Shown piece after piece: positions 49,701 through 57,654 of a stretch of DNA of 64,000 nucleotides (its first letter is position 1; the number at the start of each line of letters is the position of its first letter). The position numbers and the translations under genes were made by a program. Below the pieces are notes generated by a model that ran no database searches, was not told the DNA's origin, and saw only the letters and a program-made list of their open reading frames with translations. The DNA is from an uncultured Lentimicrobiaceae bacterium (GTDB lineage Bacteria > Bacteroidota > Bacteroidia > Bacteroidales > JAGNHN01): contig CAZPYJ010000004.1 in NCBI GenBank assembly GCA_964590645.1, positions 19,541 through 83,540 on the forward strand, in the 5' to 3' direction.

Positions 49701-50678
49701 GCCACCGGCCAGCTCCTGCCCTGGTTCAACGGTATCATTTATCCCTCCGTCTTTGATAAGCCGGCTGAAGTGATTACACGGGGCAATGATCAGGACAGCA
49801 GCCCGATGAAGTTCTACATACAGAAAAACCTGCTATATAAAGGTAAGGCCAGTGTGGTGAACGGATGGTTTGAGTTTACTTTCGTGGTGCCCAAGGATAT
49901 CGCATACCGGCTGGATTATGGCCGGATCAGCTATTATGCATCCGATGGATTTACAGACGCCACCGGCTTTTACGAGAATATCCTCATCGGAGGCTCCTCT
50001 CCGGATGCACCGGTGGACGAAGACGGACCTGCTATCCGCCTCTACCTGAACGACACCAATTTCGTAATGCACGGAATTACGGATGAAAAGCCCATCCTGC
50101 TTGCTTTTGTGGAGGACAGCAGTGGGATCAATACTGTGGGCAACGGCATCGGGCACGATATCGTCGCCATCCTTGACGGGAAAACCGATGCGCCTTATGT
50201 GCTGAATGATTATTATGAAGCAGACCTGGACAGTTACCAAAGAGGCACAATACGCTATCCCTTCTCTGGCCTCAGTGAAGGCAAGCACAGCCTGGAGCTG
50301 AAAGTGTGGGATGTCTATAATAACTCCTCCACGGCTTATATTGAATTCTATGTGTCGGCCTCCGATGCACTTGCCCTGAGCCAGTTGATCAATTATCCCA
50401 ATCCTTTCTACGGACAAACGAACTTCGTTTTCGAGCACAATCAACCTGGAAGAAGTCTGGATATCGATATCCGGATCTACGCAATGGATGGAAGGCTGGC
50501 CCATCAGATACGTCAGAATGTGACAACCAGCGGCTACCGTACCAACCCCATCCCCTGGGATGGAAGAACGACCGAAGGCGCTCCCCTGCCCGGGGGGATA
50601 TATATCTACCGGGTAAGCGTGAATGCAGGAGAGGGCGTTTCAAATGAAATGTCAGATAAATTGATCATCCTAAGATAA
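46788..50678 (+). CDS. porU: T9SS sortase PorU (C25 gingipain-like peptidase fold)
   Basis: 1,296 aa. Central C25-like region (MIIVSHPDFF...LKYVLLFGDASYDPKN...ATDDFFVLMDD...LGIGRFPV). Immediately followed by porV. An alternative start lies at 46821. Confidence 0.85.
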   Translation: MNLLPYASVKKMLSKNMLVFLLLMHTFLAIQAQAVPGAQEKWHTAQILWASPATASPADAFAADMHFSETAVPYAFALVEWKENYALLSAEISDAVYENVSHPDAAAWYQQLETTEKELKTEIIQARNKKYLKISLLPYKLNSSSAGLQRITAYSLLIRYTETAPEEWQRLLKQSDSSFANSSVLASGNWYKVAVASDGIFRLTYSDLSSMGINVNSIDPRQLRLFGNGGGMLPEANSAFRYDDLYENAIWVAGEEDGSFDPSDYVLFYGQGPHRWNYDQTAEAFHHSLHLYTDKTVYFLTIGPVQGKRIGQVNQSPQAPTHQVSSFDDYAFYEQESYNLIKSGKDWYGEKFDVITRYDLPDFSFPNHDMNQAVYLRAAVAAKSTSISSFGIFLDGVQVVNPMVASVPAQAYNTDYAKKAEASRKMLMTSSDFDLEVEYYATVSNSVGWLDFVEVNVRRHLRFGSGQLNFRDAGSVGLGNISRFTLTSAPSSLKVWEVSNPLEPALINASVSGSELSFVVATDLLREFVAFDGSAFKQAELIGKIPNQNLHGLPVFDMIIVSHPDFFDQANRLAQLHNVQDNYSVIVVTPAEIYNEFSSGVQDISAIRDFIRMIYQRSNSQTDLKYVLLFGDASYDPKNRLPDNQNFIPTFQTRNSLQPTASYATDDFFVLMDDGEGQGASGTPDLGIGRFPVSSPAQAKTAVDKIVNYTSNGLVVPSSYGVNLIPALADWRNVLTYVADDQDGNLHQNQAEELADYVQNRFREYNIDKIYLDAYPQVSTPGGQRYPEVNKAINDRINKGTLIFNYTGHGGETGLAQERVLEIQDILSWKNPFNLPVFVTATCEFSRYDDPQRTSAGELTFLKSDGGAISLFTTSRLSFSSSNFALNLRFYEKVFNKIDGVFPRMGDVIRLAKTPSNPNIRNFVLLGDPALRLAYPEHQVYTTEINGKPIDGTPDTLKALSKITIKGKVVDATGQLLPWFNGIIYPSVFDKPAEVITRGNDQDSSPMKFYIQKNLLYKGKASVVNGWFEFTFVVPKDIAYRLDYGRISYYASDGFTDATGFYENILIGGSSPDAPVDEDGPAIRLYLNDTNFVMHGITDEKPILLAFVEDSSGINTVGNGIGHDIVAILDGKTDAPYVLNDYYEADLDSYQRGTIRYPFSGLSEGKHSLELKVWDVYNNSSTAYIEFYVSASDALALSQLINYPNPFYGQTNFVFEHNQPGRSLDIDIRIYAMDGRLAHQIRQNVTTSGYRTNPIPWDGRTTEGAPLPGGIYIYRVSVNAGEGVSNEMSDKLIILR

Positions 50679-50763
50679 TTCCGGCAATGTATTGTTTATC
50701 CACAGTAAATCATCCGAATACAGGATACACGTTGAAGACCTCTGTAGGTTTCTCCAATATCCT

Positions 50764-50771
50764 TAACTTTG
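50764..50771 (+). promoter_or_regulatory. Bacteroidota -7 box for porV
   Basis: TAACTTTG, 20 nt upstream of the ATG at 50792. Confidence 0.5.
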
Positions 50772-50791
50772 CACGATTTTATTATCCAAAA

Positions 50792-52006
50792 ATGCAGATA
50801 ATGAGGAAGAAAACAGCCTCGATCATTTTGACAGCCCTGATAAGTATGGCGGCTGTGCAGGCACAAAGCAACAATTACCTCGGACAGGAGCTCAATACCA
50901 TCACCACGGCGGTTCCTTTCCTGCTGATCTCCCCTGATGCACGCGCCGGCGCAATGGGAGATGCCGGTGTGGCATCTACGCCCGACGCCAACAGTATGCA
51001 TTGGAATGCAGCCAAGTATGCTTTCATTGAGAAAGAAATGGGTTTTTCCGTCTCCTACAGCCCCTGGTTGCGGCAATTGGTCAATGATATCAACCTCGCC
51101 TACCTGACCGGCTACCGCAAGATTGACGACCAGTCGGCAGTGGCTGCCAGCCTGTTGTTTTTCTCCCTGGGAGACATCACTTTTACCGACATTATCGGGA
51201 ATACCATAGGCCAATACCGCCCCAATGAGTTTGCCCTGGATGCCGCTTATGCCCGCAAACTGACCGATAAACTCAGCGGTTCGGTAAGCCTGAGATATAT
51301 TTATTCAAACCTTACTCAAGGGCAGTTTGTAGGATCCCAGGCAACCAAAGCGGGAACCTCTGTCGCCACCGATGTGGGCATTTATCACGAGAATACCTTC
51401 CGGATGAAAAACCGTCAGCAGGCTACCCTGGCCTGGGGAGTCAGCATTACCAACATTGGTGCAAAGATTTCTTACTCGGATGACAATACCGCCAGGGATT
51501 TTATCCCGACCAACCTCCGCCTGGGTCCCCGTTTTTCCTTCGATATTGACGAGTACAACTCTCTTTCCTTTATGTTTGATATCAACAAGTTGCTGGTGCC
51601 TACGCCTCCCTATTATGACAGCATCTTTATCAACGGAGAGCAGCAGATCAGGGCCGGGATGGACCCTGATGTAGGCGTGGTCACGGGAATGATGCAGTCT
51701 TTCTATGATGCTCCGGGGGGCTTCAGTGAGGAGATGAGGGAAATCAGTTTTGCCATCGGAGCAGAATATTGGTATGACAAGCAGTTTGCCATACGCGCCG
51801 GGTATTTCCACGAAGATAAAACCAAGGGCAACCGCAAATTTATCACCCTGGGAGCCGGATTAAAATACAATGTCTTCGGGATGGATTTCTCCTACCTTGT
51901 GGCTATGGATCAGCGCAACCCACTGGAGAATACCCTGCGTTTCTCCCTGCTGTTTGACTTCGATGCCTTCGCCCAGCAGAATCAGGACGTCCCGCCCCGA
52001 AACTAA
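50792..52006 (+). CDS. porV: T9SS outer-membrane shuttle/channel protein PorV (LptO)
   Basis: Signal peptide MQIMRKKTASIILTALISMAAVQAQ, then TAVPFLLISPDARAGAMGDAGVA, typical of PorV. 14-strand-barrel-sized protein (404 aa). Confidence 0.85.
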   Translation: MQIMRKKTASIILTALISMAAVQAQSNNYLGQELNTITTAVPFLLISPDARAGAMGDAGVASTPDANSMHWNAAKYAFIEKEMGFSVSYSPWLRQLVNDINLAYLTGYRKIDDQSAVAASLLFFSLGDITFTDIIGNTIGQYRPNEFALDAAYARKLTDKLSGSVSLRYIYSNLTQGQFVGSQATKAGTSVATDVGIYHENTFRMKNRQQATLAWGVSITNIGAKISYSDDNTARDFIPTNLRLGPRFSFDIDEYNSLSFMFDINKLLVPTPPYYDSIFINGEQQIRAGMDPDVGVVTGMMQSFYDAPGGFSEEMREISFAIGAEYWYDKQFAIRAGYFHEDKTKGNRKFITLGAGLKYNVFGMDFSYLVAMDQRNPLENTLRFSLLFDFDAFAQQNQDVPPRN

Positions 52007-52522
52007 ATGGCATTTCGGATAGGAACCGGATTTGACGTACACCGCCTTGCTGAAGGAGAATCTCTCCGGCTGGGCGGTGTTGACATTCCTGCCGATAAAG
52101 GTACCGTCGGCCATTCGGATGCCGATGTGCTGATCCACGCCCTGTGTGATGCCCTCCTGGGAGCCCTCGGCCTGGGTGATATCGGTCATCACTTTCCCGA
52201 CAGCGATATGCGTTGGAAGGATGCCGATTCGCGCCAATTGCTCGTGTATGTTATGGAGTGGGTTACAGGAAAAGGGTTTAAGCTTGTTAACGCCGACAGC
52301 ACCCTGGTGCTGCAAAGCCCCCGAATCAGCGCGTACATCCCCGCAATGCGGGCGTCCCTGGCGGAAGTCCTGCAAACAGACCCCTCCCGGATATCTGTGA
52401 AGGCGACTACTTCAGAAGGGATGGGCTATGAAGGCAGAAGGGAAGGGATTTCAGCTCAGGCCGTGGTATTGCTGCAAAGGGTACAGCCTGACTCAGAAGA
52501 GGAGGGCGACTTCCTTTTTTAA
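52007..52522 (+). CDS. ispF: 2-C-methyl-D-erythritol 2,4-cyclodiphosphate synthase
   Basis: RIGTGFDVHRL and GHSDADVLIHA. The ATG directly abuts the porV stop codon. Confidence 0.92.
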   Translation: MAFRIGTGFDVHRLAEGESLRLGGVDIPADKGTVGHSDADVLIHALCDALLGALGLGDIGHHFPDSDMRWKDADSRQLLVYVMEWVTGKGFKLVNADSTLVLQSPRISAYIPAMRASLAEVLQTDPSRISVKATTSEGMGYEGRREGISAQAVVLLQRVQPDSEEEGDFLF

Positions 52523-53014
52523 CTTTTTGATCGCTTCCACACTCAGTGGCCGCTTCATTTTAACATATTGCTCCATTGCACGCTCAGCAAAGTCTTTGCC
52601 TGTTGCCCCTTCAGGCAATTCGGCGAAGCTCGAGTTCAGCACCCGCAATACCTCCTCTTTGGCGCTGCGAACCAACTCCCAGGCTTCGTTGGAAACATAG
52701 AGTTGCTGTGAAAGATTATGGTCGAACTCCTGCCGGACCGTGCTTACCAGGTGCTGATGAAGGGTGACGGCATCGCTGCCCGGCAGACTGACCCTGACCA
52801 GCAGGTTGCGAATGCTGATCCTTTCCAACAGCAGCAGAATTCTTTCACAGGCCTGCAGACGCAGAGGCATCGCCAATTCACTGCCCTTCATCCTGATTTC
52901 CAACAAGCGTTTTTTCTGCTCATTCTCCAAAAAAGCCTTCAGGACGTACCAGGCTGCCCCAAAAGTGACCAGGGAAGGAAGAATGTACTTTAAGATCTCA
53001 AGAAATTGAAGCAT
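52493..53014 (-). CDS. hypothetical membrane-anchored protein (173 aa)
   Basis: Start taken at MLQFLEILKYILPSLVTFGAAWYVLKAF (single N-terminal TM helix). The remainder is helical and charged. Its 3' end overlaps the ispF 3' end by 30 nt. Confidence 0.5.
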   Translation of the reverse strand: MLQFLEILKYILPSLVTFGAAWYVLKAFLENEQKKRLLEIRMKGSELAMPLRLQACERILLLLERISIRNLLVRVSLPGSDAVTLHQHLVSTVRQEFDHNLSQQLYVSNEAWELVRSAKEEVLRVLNSSFAELPEGATGKDFAERAMEQYVKMKRPLSVEAIKKLKKEVALLF

Positions 53015-53103
53015 ATCATTAGTTCTGATGAGGATAAGAATCGAAACCTGTTGTTTCAGGAGGACAAATATCGGCATTCTCCGCCGGAACAGCAGTTTTT
53101 TAT

Positions 53104-53111
53104 TACATTTG
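53104..53111 (+). promoter_or_regulatory. Bacteroidota -7 box for the aminotransferase gene
   Basis: TACATTTG, 29 nt upstream of the ATG at 53141. Confidence 0.5.
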
Positions 53112-53140
53112 CCCTTTTCTGTTAGATAAATAACAAAGAT

Positions 53141-54349
53141 ATGTTTACACCCGCATTATCCAATCGCATCAATGCCCTCTCCGAGTCTGAAACCCTGGCG
53201 ATGACCCGCCGCAGCCGTGAGCTCGAGCTTCAGGGGATGGACGTGATCAACCTGAGTATCGGGCAGCCCGATTTTGATACCCCTGATTTCATCAAAGAAG
53301 CGGCTGTGGAAGGGATGCAGCAGGGTTATACCTCCTATCCTCCGGTGTCGGGCTATCTCGATCTGCGCAAAGCCATCTGCGCCAAATACAAACGAGACAA
53401 TGGGCTTGATTATCAGCCGGATCAGATCGTTGTGAGCACAGGGGCCAAACAATCCCTGGCCAATGCCATCCTGAGCCTGGTGAATCCCGGCGATGAGGTG
53501 ATCGTACCCGCGCCCTATTGGGTTTCTTACAAAGAAATGATCAAACTGGCAGAAGGCCAGGCTGTATACATCCAGGGGAAACTGGAAAACGATTTTAAGG
53601 TCACCCCCGCCCAGGTGGAGGCCGCCATTACTTCCCGCAGCCGACTGTTCATTTTCAGCAGTCCCTGCAACCCGACCGGCTCTGTCTACACCAGGGAAGA
53701 GCTTCACGATCTGGCCAGAGTTTTTGAATCCAAAAAGGATCTTTTTATCATTTCCGATGAAATTTATGAGCTGATCAATTTTGACGGCCGCCACGAAAGC
53801 ATAGCCCAGTTCGATTTCATCAAAGACAGGGTGATCAACATCAACGGGCTTTCCAAAGGATTTGCAATGACCGGATGGCGCCTGGGGTATATGGCTGCCC
53901 ATAAAGAGATTGCCAAAGCTTGCGACAAATTTCAGGGGCAGATCACTTCCGGAGCCAATTCGATTGCCCAGCGGGCCGCCATCAAAGCCCTGGAAGTAGA
54001 TCCGGCACAGTGTGCTGATGTGCTGAATATGCGGGAGGAATTCAAGGCCCGCCGCGAACTCCTGCTTGAGCTGTTGGAAGAGGTACCCGGTCTGATCACC
54101 TATATGCCACAGGGTGCCTTCTACCTCTTTCCCAATGTGACCTATTATTATGGGAAGCAGTCTGAAGATTGCCGGATCGAGAATGCCAACGACCTGTGTA
54201 TGTACCTGCTCGACAAGGCACAGGTGGCTCTGGTGCCGGGAGATGCATTTGGTTGCCCCACTTGTATCCGCCTGAGCTACGCCACCTCGCGGGAGAAAAT
54301 CCGCGAAGCCGTACGCAGGATCAAAGAGGCTCTGGCCCGCCTGCAATAA
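53141..54349 (+). CDS. class I pyridoxal-phosphate-dependent (aspartate-type) aminotransferase
   Basis: INLSIGQPDF, SSPCNPTG and the PLP-lysine context NGLSKGFAMTGWRLGY. Confidence 0.9.
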   Translation: MFTPALSNRINALSESETLAMTRRSRELELQGMDVINLSIGQPDFDTPDFIKEAAVEGMQQGYTSYPPVSGYLDLRKAICAKYKRDNGLDYQPDQIVVSTGAKQSLANAILSLVNPGDEVIVPAPYWVSYKEMIKLAEGQAVYIQGKLENDFKVTPAQVEAAITSRSRLFIFSSPCNPTGSVYTREELHDLARVFESKKDLFIISDEIYELINFDGRHESIAQFDFIKDRVININGLSKGFAMTGWRLGYMAAHKEIAKACDKFQGQITSGANSIAQRAAIKALEVDPAQCADVLNMREEFKARRELLLELLEEVPGLITYMPQGAFYLFPNVTYYYGKQSEDCRIENANDLCMYLLDKAQVALVPGDAFGCPTCIRLSYATSREKIREAVRRIKEALARLQ

Positions 54350-54396
54350 GGCGGAATCGCCCTTCCGGGTTATAGACCCGGCCAAAAGACCAAGCT

Positions 54397-55395
54397 ATGG
54401 AAACCCGATATGCCGATTTCTTCGCATCCCTGAAAACCAAAACCATCCTGGTGATAGGGGACGTAATGGTGGATGCCTATCTTTTTGGTCAGGTGGAACG
54501 CATCTCTCCCGAAGCACCTGTGCCTGTGGTGGCGGTGCGCCAGAGAGAAAACCGTCTTGGGGGAGCGGCCAATGTGGCCCTCAATATTAAGGCAATGGGC
54601 GCCGAAGCCATCCTGCTCTCTGTGGTGGGCGATGATGTAAAAGGAAGGGAATTTGCCGCCCTGCTTGACCAGGCCGGATTGCCCTCTGAGGGGATGATAT
54701 ACAGCAACGATCGCATCACCACCACAAAATTCCGGGTGATCGGTAATAAGGTGCAATTGCTCAGGGTGGATGAAGAAAGCCAGGAAGGCTTGAATGCAAA
54801 GGAAGAGGAAATGATCCTCCAGGGCTTCAGCACACTGATCCGGAAGAAAAAAATCGATGCCATTGTCTTTCAGGATTACGACAAAGGCGTGATCAGCCGT
54901 GACCTCATTCAGACCGTGATACAAACAGCCCGGAAAGAAGGCATTCCGGTAGCTGTGGATCCCAAGAAAAAGCATTTCCTGGAGTACAAAGGAGTCACGC
55001 TTTTTAAACCCAATCTCAAGGAATTGCGAGAAGGGCTCAAGCTGGACTACCATCCGGAAGGGGAAAAGCTGGAGGCTGCAGTTGCACAGCTTCAGCGAAC
55101 ATTGCAAGCCGATATCATAATGGTAACCCTCTCTGAAAAGGGAGTGTTCATCCGGCGTGAGGTGGAGGGGGAGGCCACATCCTGGCACCTGCCTGCCCAG
55201 GTGCGTAAGATATCGGATGTTTCCGGAGCCGGAGATACCGTCATCAGTCTGGCGGCGCTGGGACTGGCCTGCGGGCTGCCTCTGCCTCAACTGGCTGAGG
55301 TGGCAAACCGGGCTGGTGGACTCGTATGTGAGGAGCTGGGCGTGGTACCCGTAAACCCTGAACGCCTGATGCAGGAAGTCGGGCAAACCCCCTGA
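54397..55395 (+). CDS. rfaE: PfkB-family sugar kinase, RfaE/HldE domain-I-like (heptose-7-phosphate kinase-like)
   Basis: ILVIGDVMVDAYLFGQVERISPEAPVPVV, LGGAANVA and DVSGAGDTV. Confidence 0.75.
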   Translation: METRYADFFASLKTKTILVIGDVMVDAYLFGQVERISPEAPVPVVAVRQRENRLGGAANVALNIKAMGAEAILLSVVGDDVKGREFAALLDQAGLPSEGMIYSNDRITTTKFRVIGNKVQLLRVDEESQEGLNAKEEEMILQGFSTLIRKKKIDAIVFQDYDKGVISRDLIQTVIQTARKEGIPVAVDPKKKHFLEYKGVTLFKPNLKELREGLKLDYHPEGEKLEAAVAQLQRTLQADIIMVTLSEKGVFIRREVEGEATSWHLPAQVRKISDVSGAGDTVISLAALGLACGLPLPQLAEVANRAGGLVCEELGVVPVNPERLMQEVGQTP

Positions 55396-55398
55396 CCA

Positions 55399-56091
55399 AT
55401 GCTGAAAAAACAAGAAACTCCTGCTATGTTCGATGGGATCGCCCATCGATATGATTTTCTCAATCATTTGCTCTCTGCAGGCATCGACCGCCGCTGGCGC
55501 AGAAAACTGATCCGAAGTCTGTCGGAAGCCAGGGTGGAAAGAGTGCTGGATGTGGCTACGGGTACCGCCGACCTTGCGCTGATGGCTGCTAGGGCAGGCA
55601 TTCCCCATATCAGCGCCATAGACCCATCCGATAAGATGCTGGCCATCGCAGAGAAAAAAAGGCAGGCTTCCAATGCACAAGACCAAGTCGTGCTGAAAAA
55701 TGGCAGGGCTGAAAAGCTCCCCTTCTCCGATGCCTCTTTTGATGCCGTGATGGTGGCCTTCGGGGTGAGAAATTTTGAAGACCTCACACAAGGGATGAAA
55801 GAAATGCAAAGGGTATTGCGCCCCGGGGGAATGCTTTGCATCCTCGAGTTCTCCCAACCGGCTGCTTTTCCTCTGAAACAAATTTATGCCGCCTACTTCC
55901 GCCTTATCCTGCCCTTGATCGGAGGTTGGATATCAGGAGATAATAAAGCTTACCGCTATCTTCGCGACAGTGTCCTGGATTTTCCAGCGCCGCAAGTTTT
56001 TCTCGGAATGCTGGCGGAAGCCGGTTTCAGAAAGCTGAAGGAGGATGGCCTGAGTGCAGGCATTGTCAGCCTGTATACGGCTGTGAAGTAA
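55399..56091 (+). CDS. ubiE: demethylmenaquinone/ubiquinone C-methyltransferase
   Basis: MFDGIAHRYDFLNHLLSAGIDRRWR, VLDVATGTADLA and AFGVRN. Confidence 0.9.
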   Translation: MLKKQETPAMFDGIAHRYDFLNHLLSAGIDRRWRRKLIRSLSEARVERVLDVATGTADLALMAARAGIPHISAIDPSDKMLAIAEKKRQASNAQDQVVLKNGRAEKLPFSDASFDAVMVAFGVRNFEDLTQGMKEMQRVLRPGGMLCILEFSQPAAFPLKQIYAAYFRLILPLIGGWISGDNKAYRYLRDSVLDFPAPQVFLGMLAEAGFRKLKEDGLSAGIVSLYTAVK

Positions 56092-56119
56092 ATGATTTCC
56101 AAATAATCCAAAGGGTATA

Positions 56120-56127
56120 TACCTTTG
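56120..56127 (+). promoter_or_regulatory. Bacteroidota -7 box for porT
   Basis: TACCTTTG, 57 nt upstream of the ATG at 56185. A small GGCCG-tttg-CGGCC hairpin lies in the putative leader. Confidence 0.4.
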
Positions 56128-56184
56128 TGAGAGAATAATAAGAAATGATGCAGGCCGTTTGCGGCCCTTTGTCTGTCAGAAACT

Positions 56185-56901
56185 ATGACCCGAAACCTCT
56201 GGATATCCTTCCTGCTCCTTCTTTTCCTGGGCAGCAGCATTCAAGTGAATGCACAGCGCCGGGTACAGCTCAACCTGCCCAGTTACGATCAGAAGCAATA
56301 CCATTTCGGCTTCATCCTCGGGATGAACCAGATGTTCTTTTCAATGGACAGGGTGCCGGAATTCAATGAACTGGATTCCCTTTATATCCTCGAATCCACC
56401 CCCGAAATGGGATTCAATATCGGCATCGTCTCAAACCTGAGGCTTTCGGAAAACTGGGATCTGCGCTTTGTGCCTACCCTGTCCTTTGGGGAAAGAAATC
56501 TGCATTATACCTTTCTCTTAGAGGATGAATTGTTTTTCGAGGACAAGAAGAAAATTGAATCCACCCATATTGATTTTCCCATTAACCTGAAGTTTAAAGC
56601 CAATAGGGTCAATAACTTCAGGGCATATCTGCTGAGTGGGGTTAAGTTCTCCATCGACCTGGCCTCGCAAGCCAAGAAGAAGGAGCAGGACGATGAGCTG
56701 AGGGTGAAGCTGGAACGCGATGATATGGCCCTGGAATTCGGGGTGGGCTTTGATTTTTATACCCACTATTTTAAATTCGGGACGGAGCTGAAGATGTCTT
56801 ATGGCGTTCATAATCTCCTGCGCCAGGAAAACAATATCTATACCCGGGGCCTGGACGGGCTTCATTCCAAGATATTCCAACTCTCCCTCACATTCGAATA
56901 A
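56185..56901 (+). CDS. porT: PorT/SprT family outer-membrane beta-barrel (T9SS accessory)
   Basis: Signal peptide and a ~238-aa beta-barrel profile ending LSLTFE. It sits immediately downstream of ubiE, a synteny I associate with porT/sprT. Confidence 0.7.
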   Translation: MTRNLWISFLLLLFLGSSIQVNAQRRVQLNLPSYDQKQYHFGFILGMNQMFFSMDRVPEFNELDSLYILESTPEMGFNIGIVSNLRLSENWDLRFVPTLSFGERNLHYTFLLEDELFFEDKKKIESTHIDFPINLKFKANRVNNFRAYLLSGVKFSIDLASQAKKKEQDDELRVKLERDDMALEFGVGFDFYTHYFKFGTELKMSYGVHNLLRQENNIYTRGLDGLHSKIFQLSLTFE

Positions 56902-56909
56902 ACGACATA

Positions 56910-57599
56910 ATGGAAGAACAGGATCGCAGCGGGGCATTATTCAGCAAGCTCCTCGAAAAAGGCAGCCTGAAACAGCAGGTGTACAGACAGACGCATCAGG
57001 CTTTTACATCGCTTAAAAAGGAAGTGCAAAAACTGACTGAAGCCTGGGAAGAGCATAGCGGCGGAGAGGCCGGGCTTGTTGCTGTCGAATATGCCGACCG
57101 GGGAGAGTTTGAGCTGGAACTGAAGTTTGCCGGCGACGTCCTCCTTTTTGTGATGCACACCAATGTGTTCGAGATCCCGCGTGAGCATCCCGTGATGCGT
57201 ACTTCCTATATCCGTGAAGATAAATCCCGCTCTTACTGCGGGATTATTCACATTTACAACTTCCTGGCGGATTCTTTCAAATACAACCGGATGAATGATG
57301 CCGGCTACCTCATCGGCCGCATCTTTGTGAACCGTGATCAACACTATTTTATCGAAGGAAAGCGCGAAGTAGGGATGCTTTACCAGCATTTCCCCACAGC
57401 CATCCTCAACCAGGAAGCGATCCGGGATCTATTGATCTCGGCAATGGAATACACCATTGATTTTGACTTGCTTACCCCACCCTTTGATCACGTAAAAGAG
57501 GTGAGTTTAAGGGAAATGCGGACGGCACTCGATAATATGCAGCTGCGCACGGCAAAAAGGATGGGCTTTCGTTTTCAGGCCGATAAAGACAATGGCTGA
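56910..57599 (+). CDS. hypothetical cytoplasmic protein (229 aa)
   Basis: Track ORF 8 nt after porT. No signal peptide and no recognised motifs. Confidence 0.55.
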   Translation: MEEQDRSGALFSKLLEKGSLKQQVYRQTHQAFTSLKKEVQKLTEAWEEHSGGEAGLVAVEYADRGEFELELKFAGDVLLFVMHTNVFEIPREHPVMRTSYIREDKSRSYCGIIHIYNFLADSFKYNRMNDAGYLIGRIFVNRDQHYFIEGKREVGMLYQHFPTAILNQEAIRDLLISAMEYTIDFDLLTPPFDHVKEVSLREMRTALDNMQLRTAKRMGFRFQADKDNG

Positions 57600-57654
57600 G
57601 GTCTTCCGGTGGACCGGAATATGATGCAAGACTTTGCTTGCTTTTCAATTGGAA

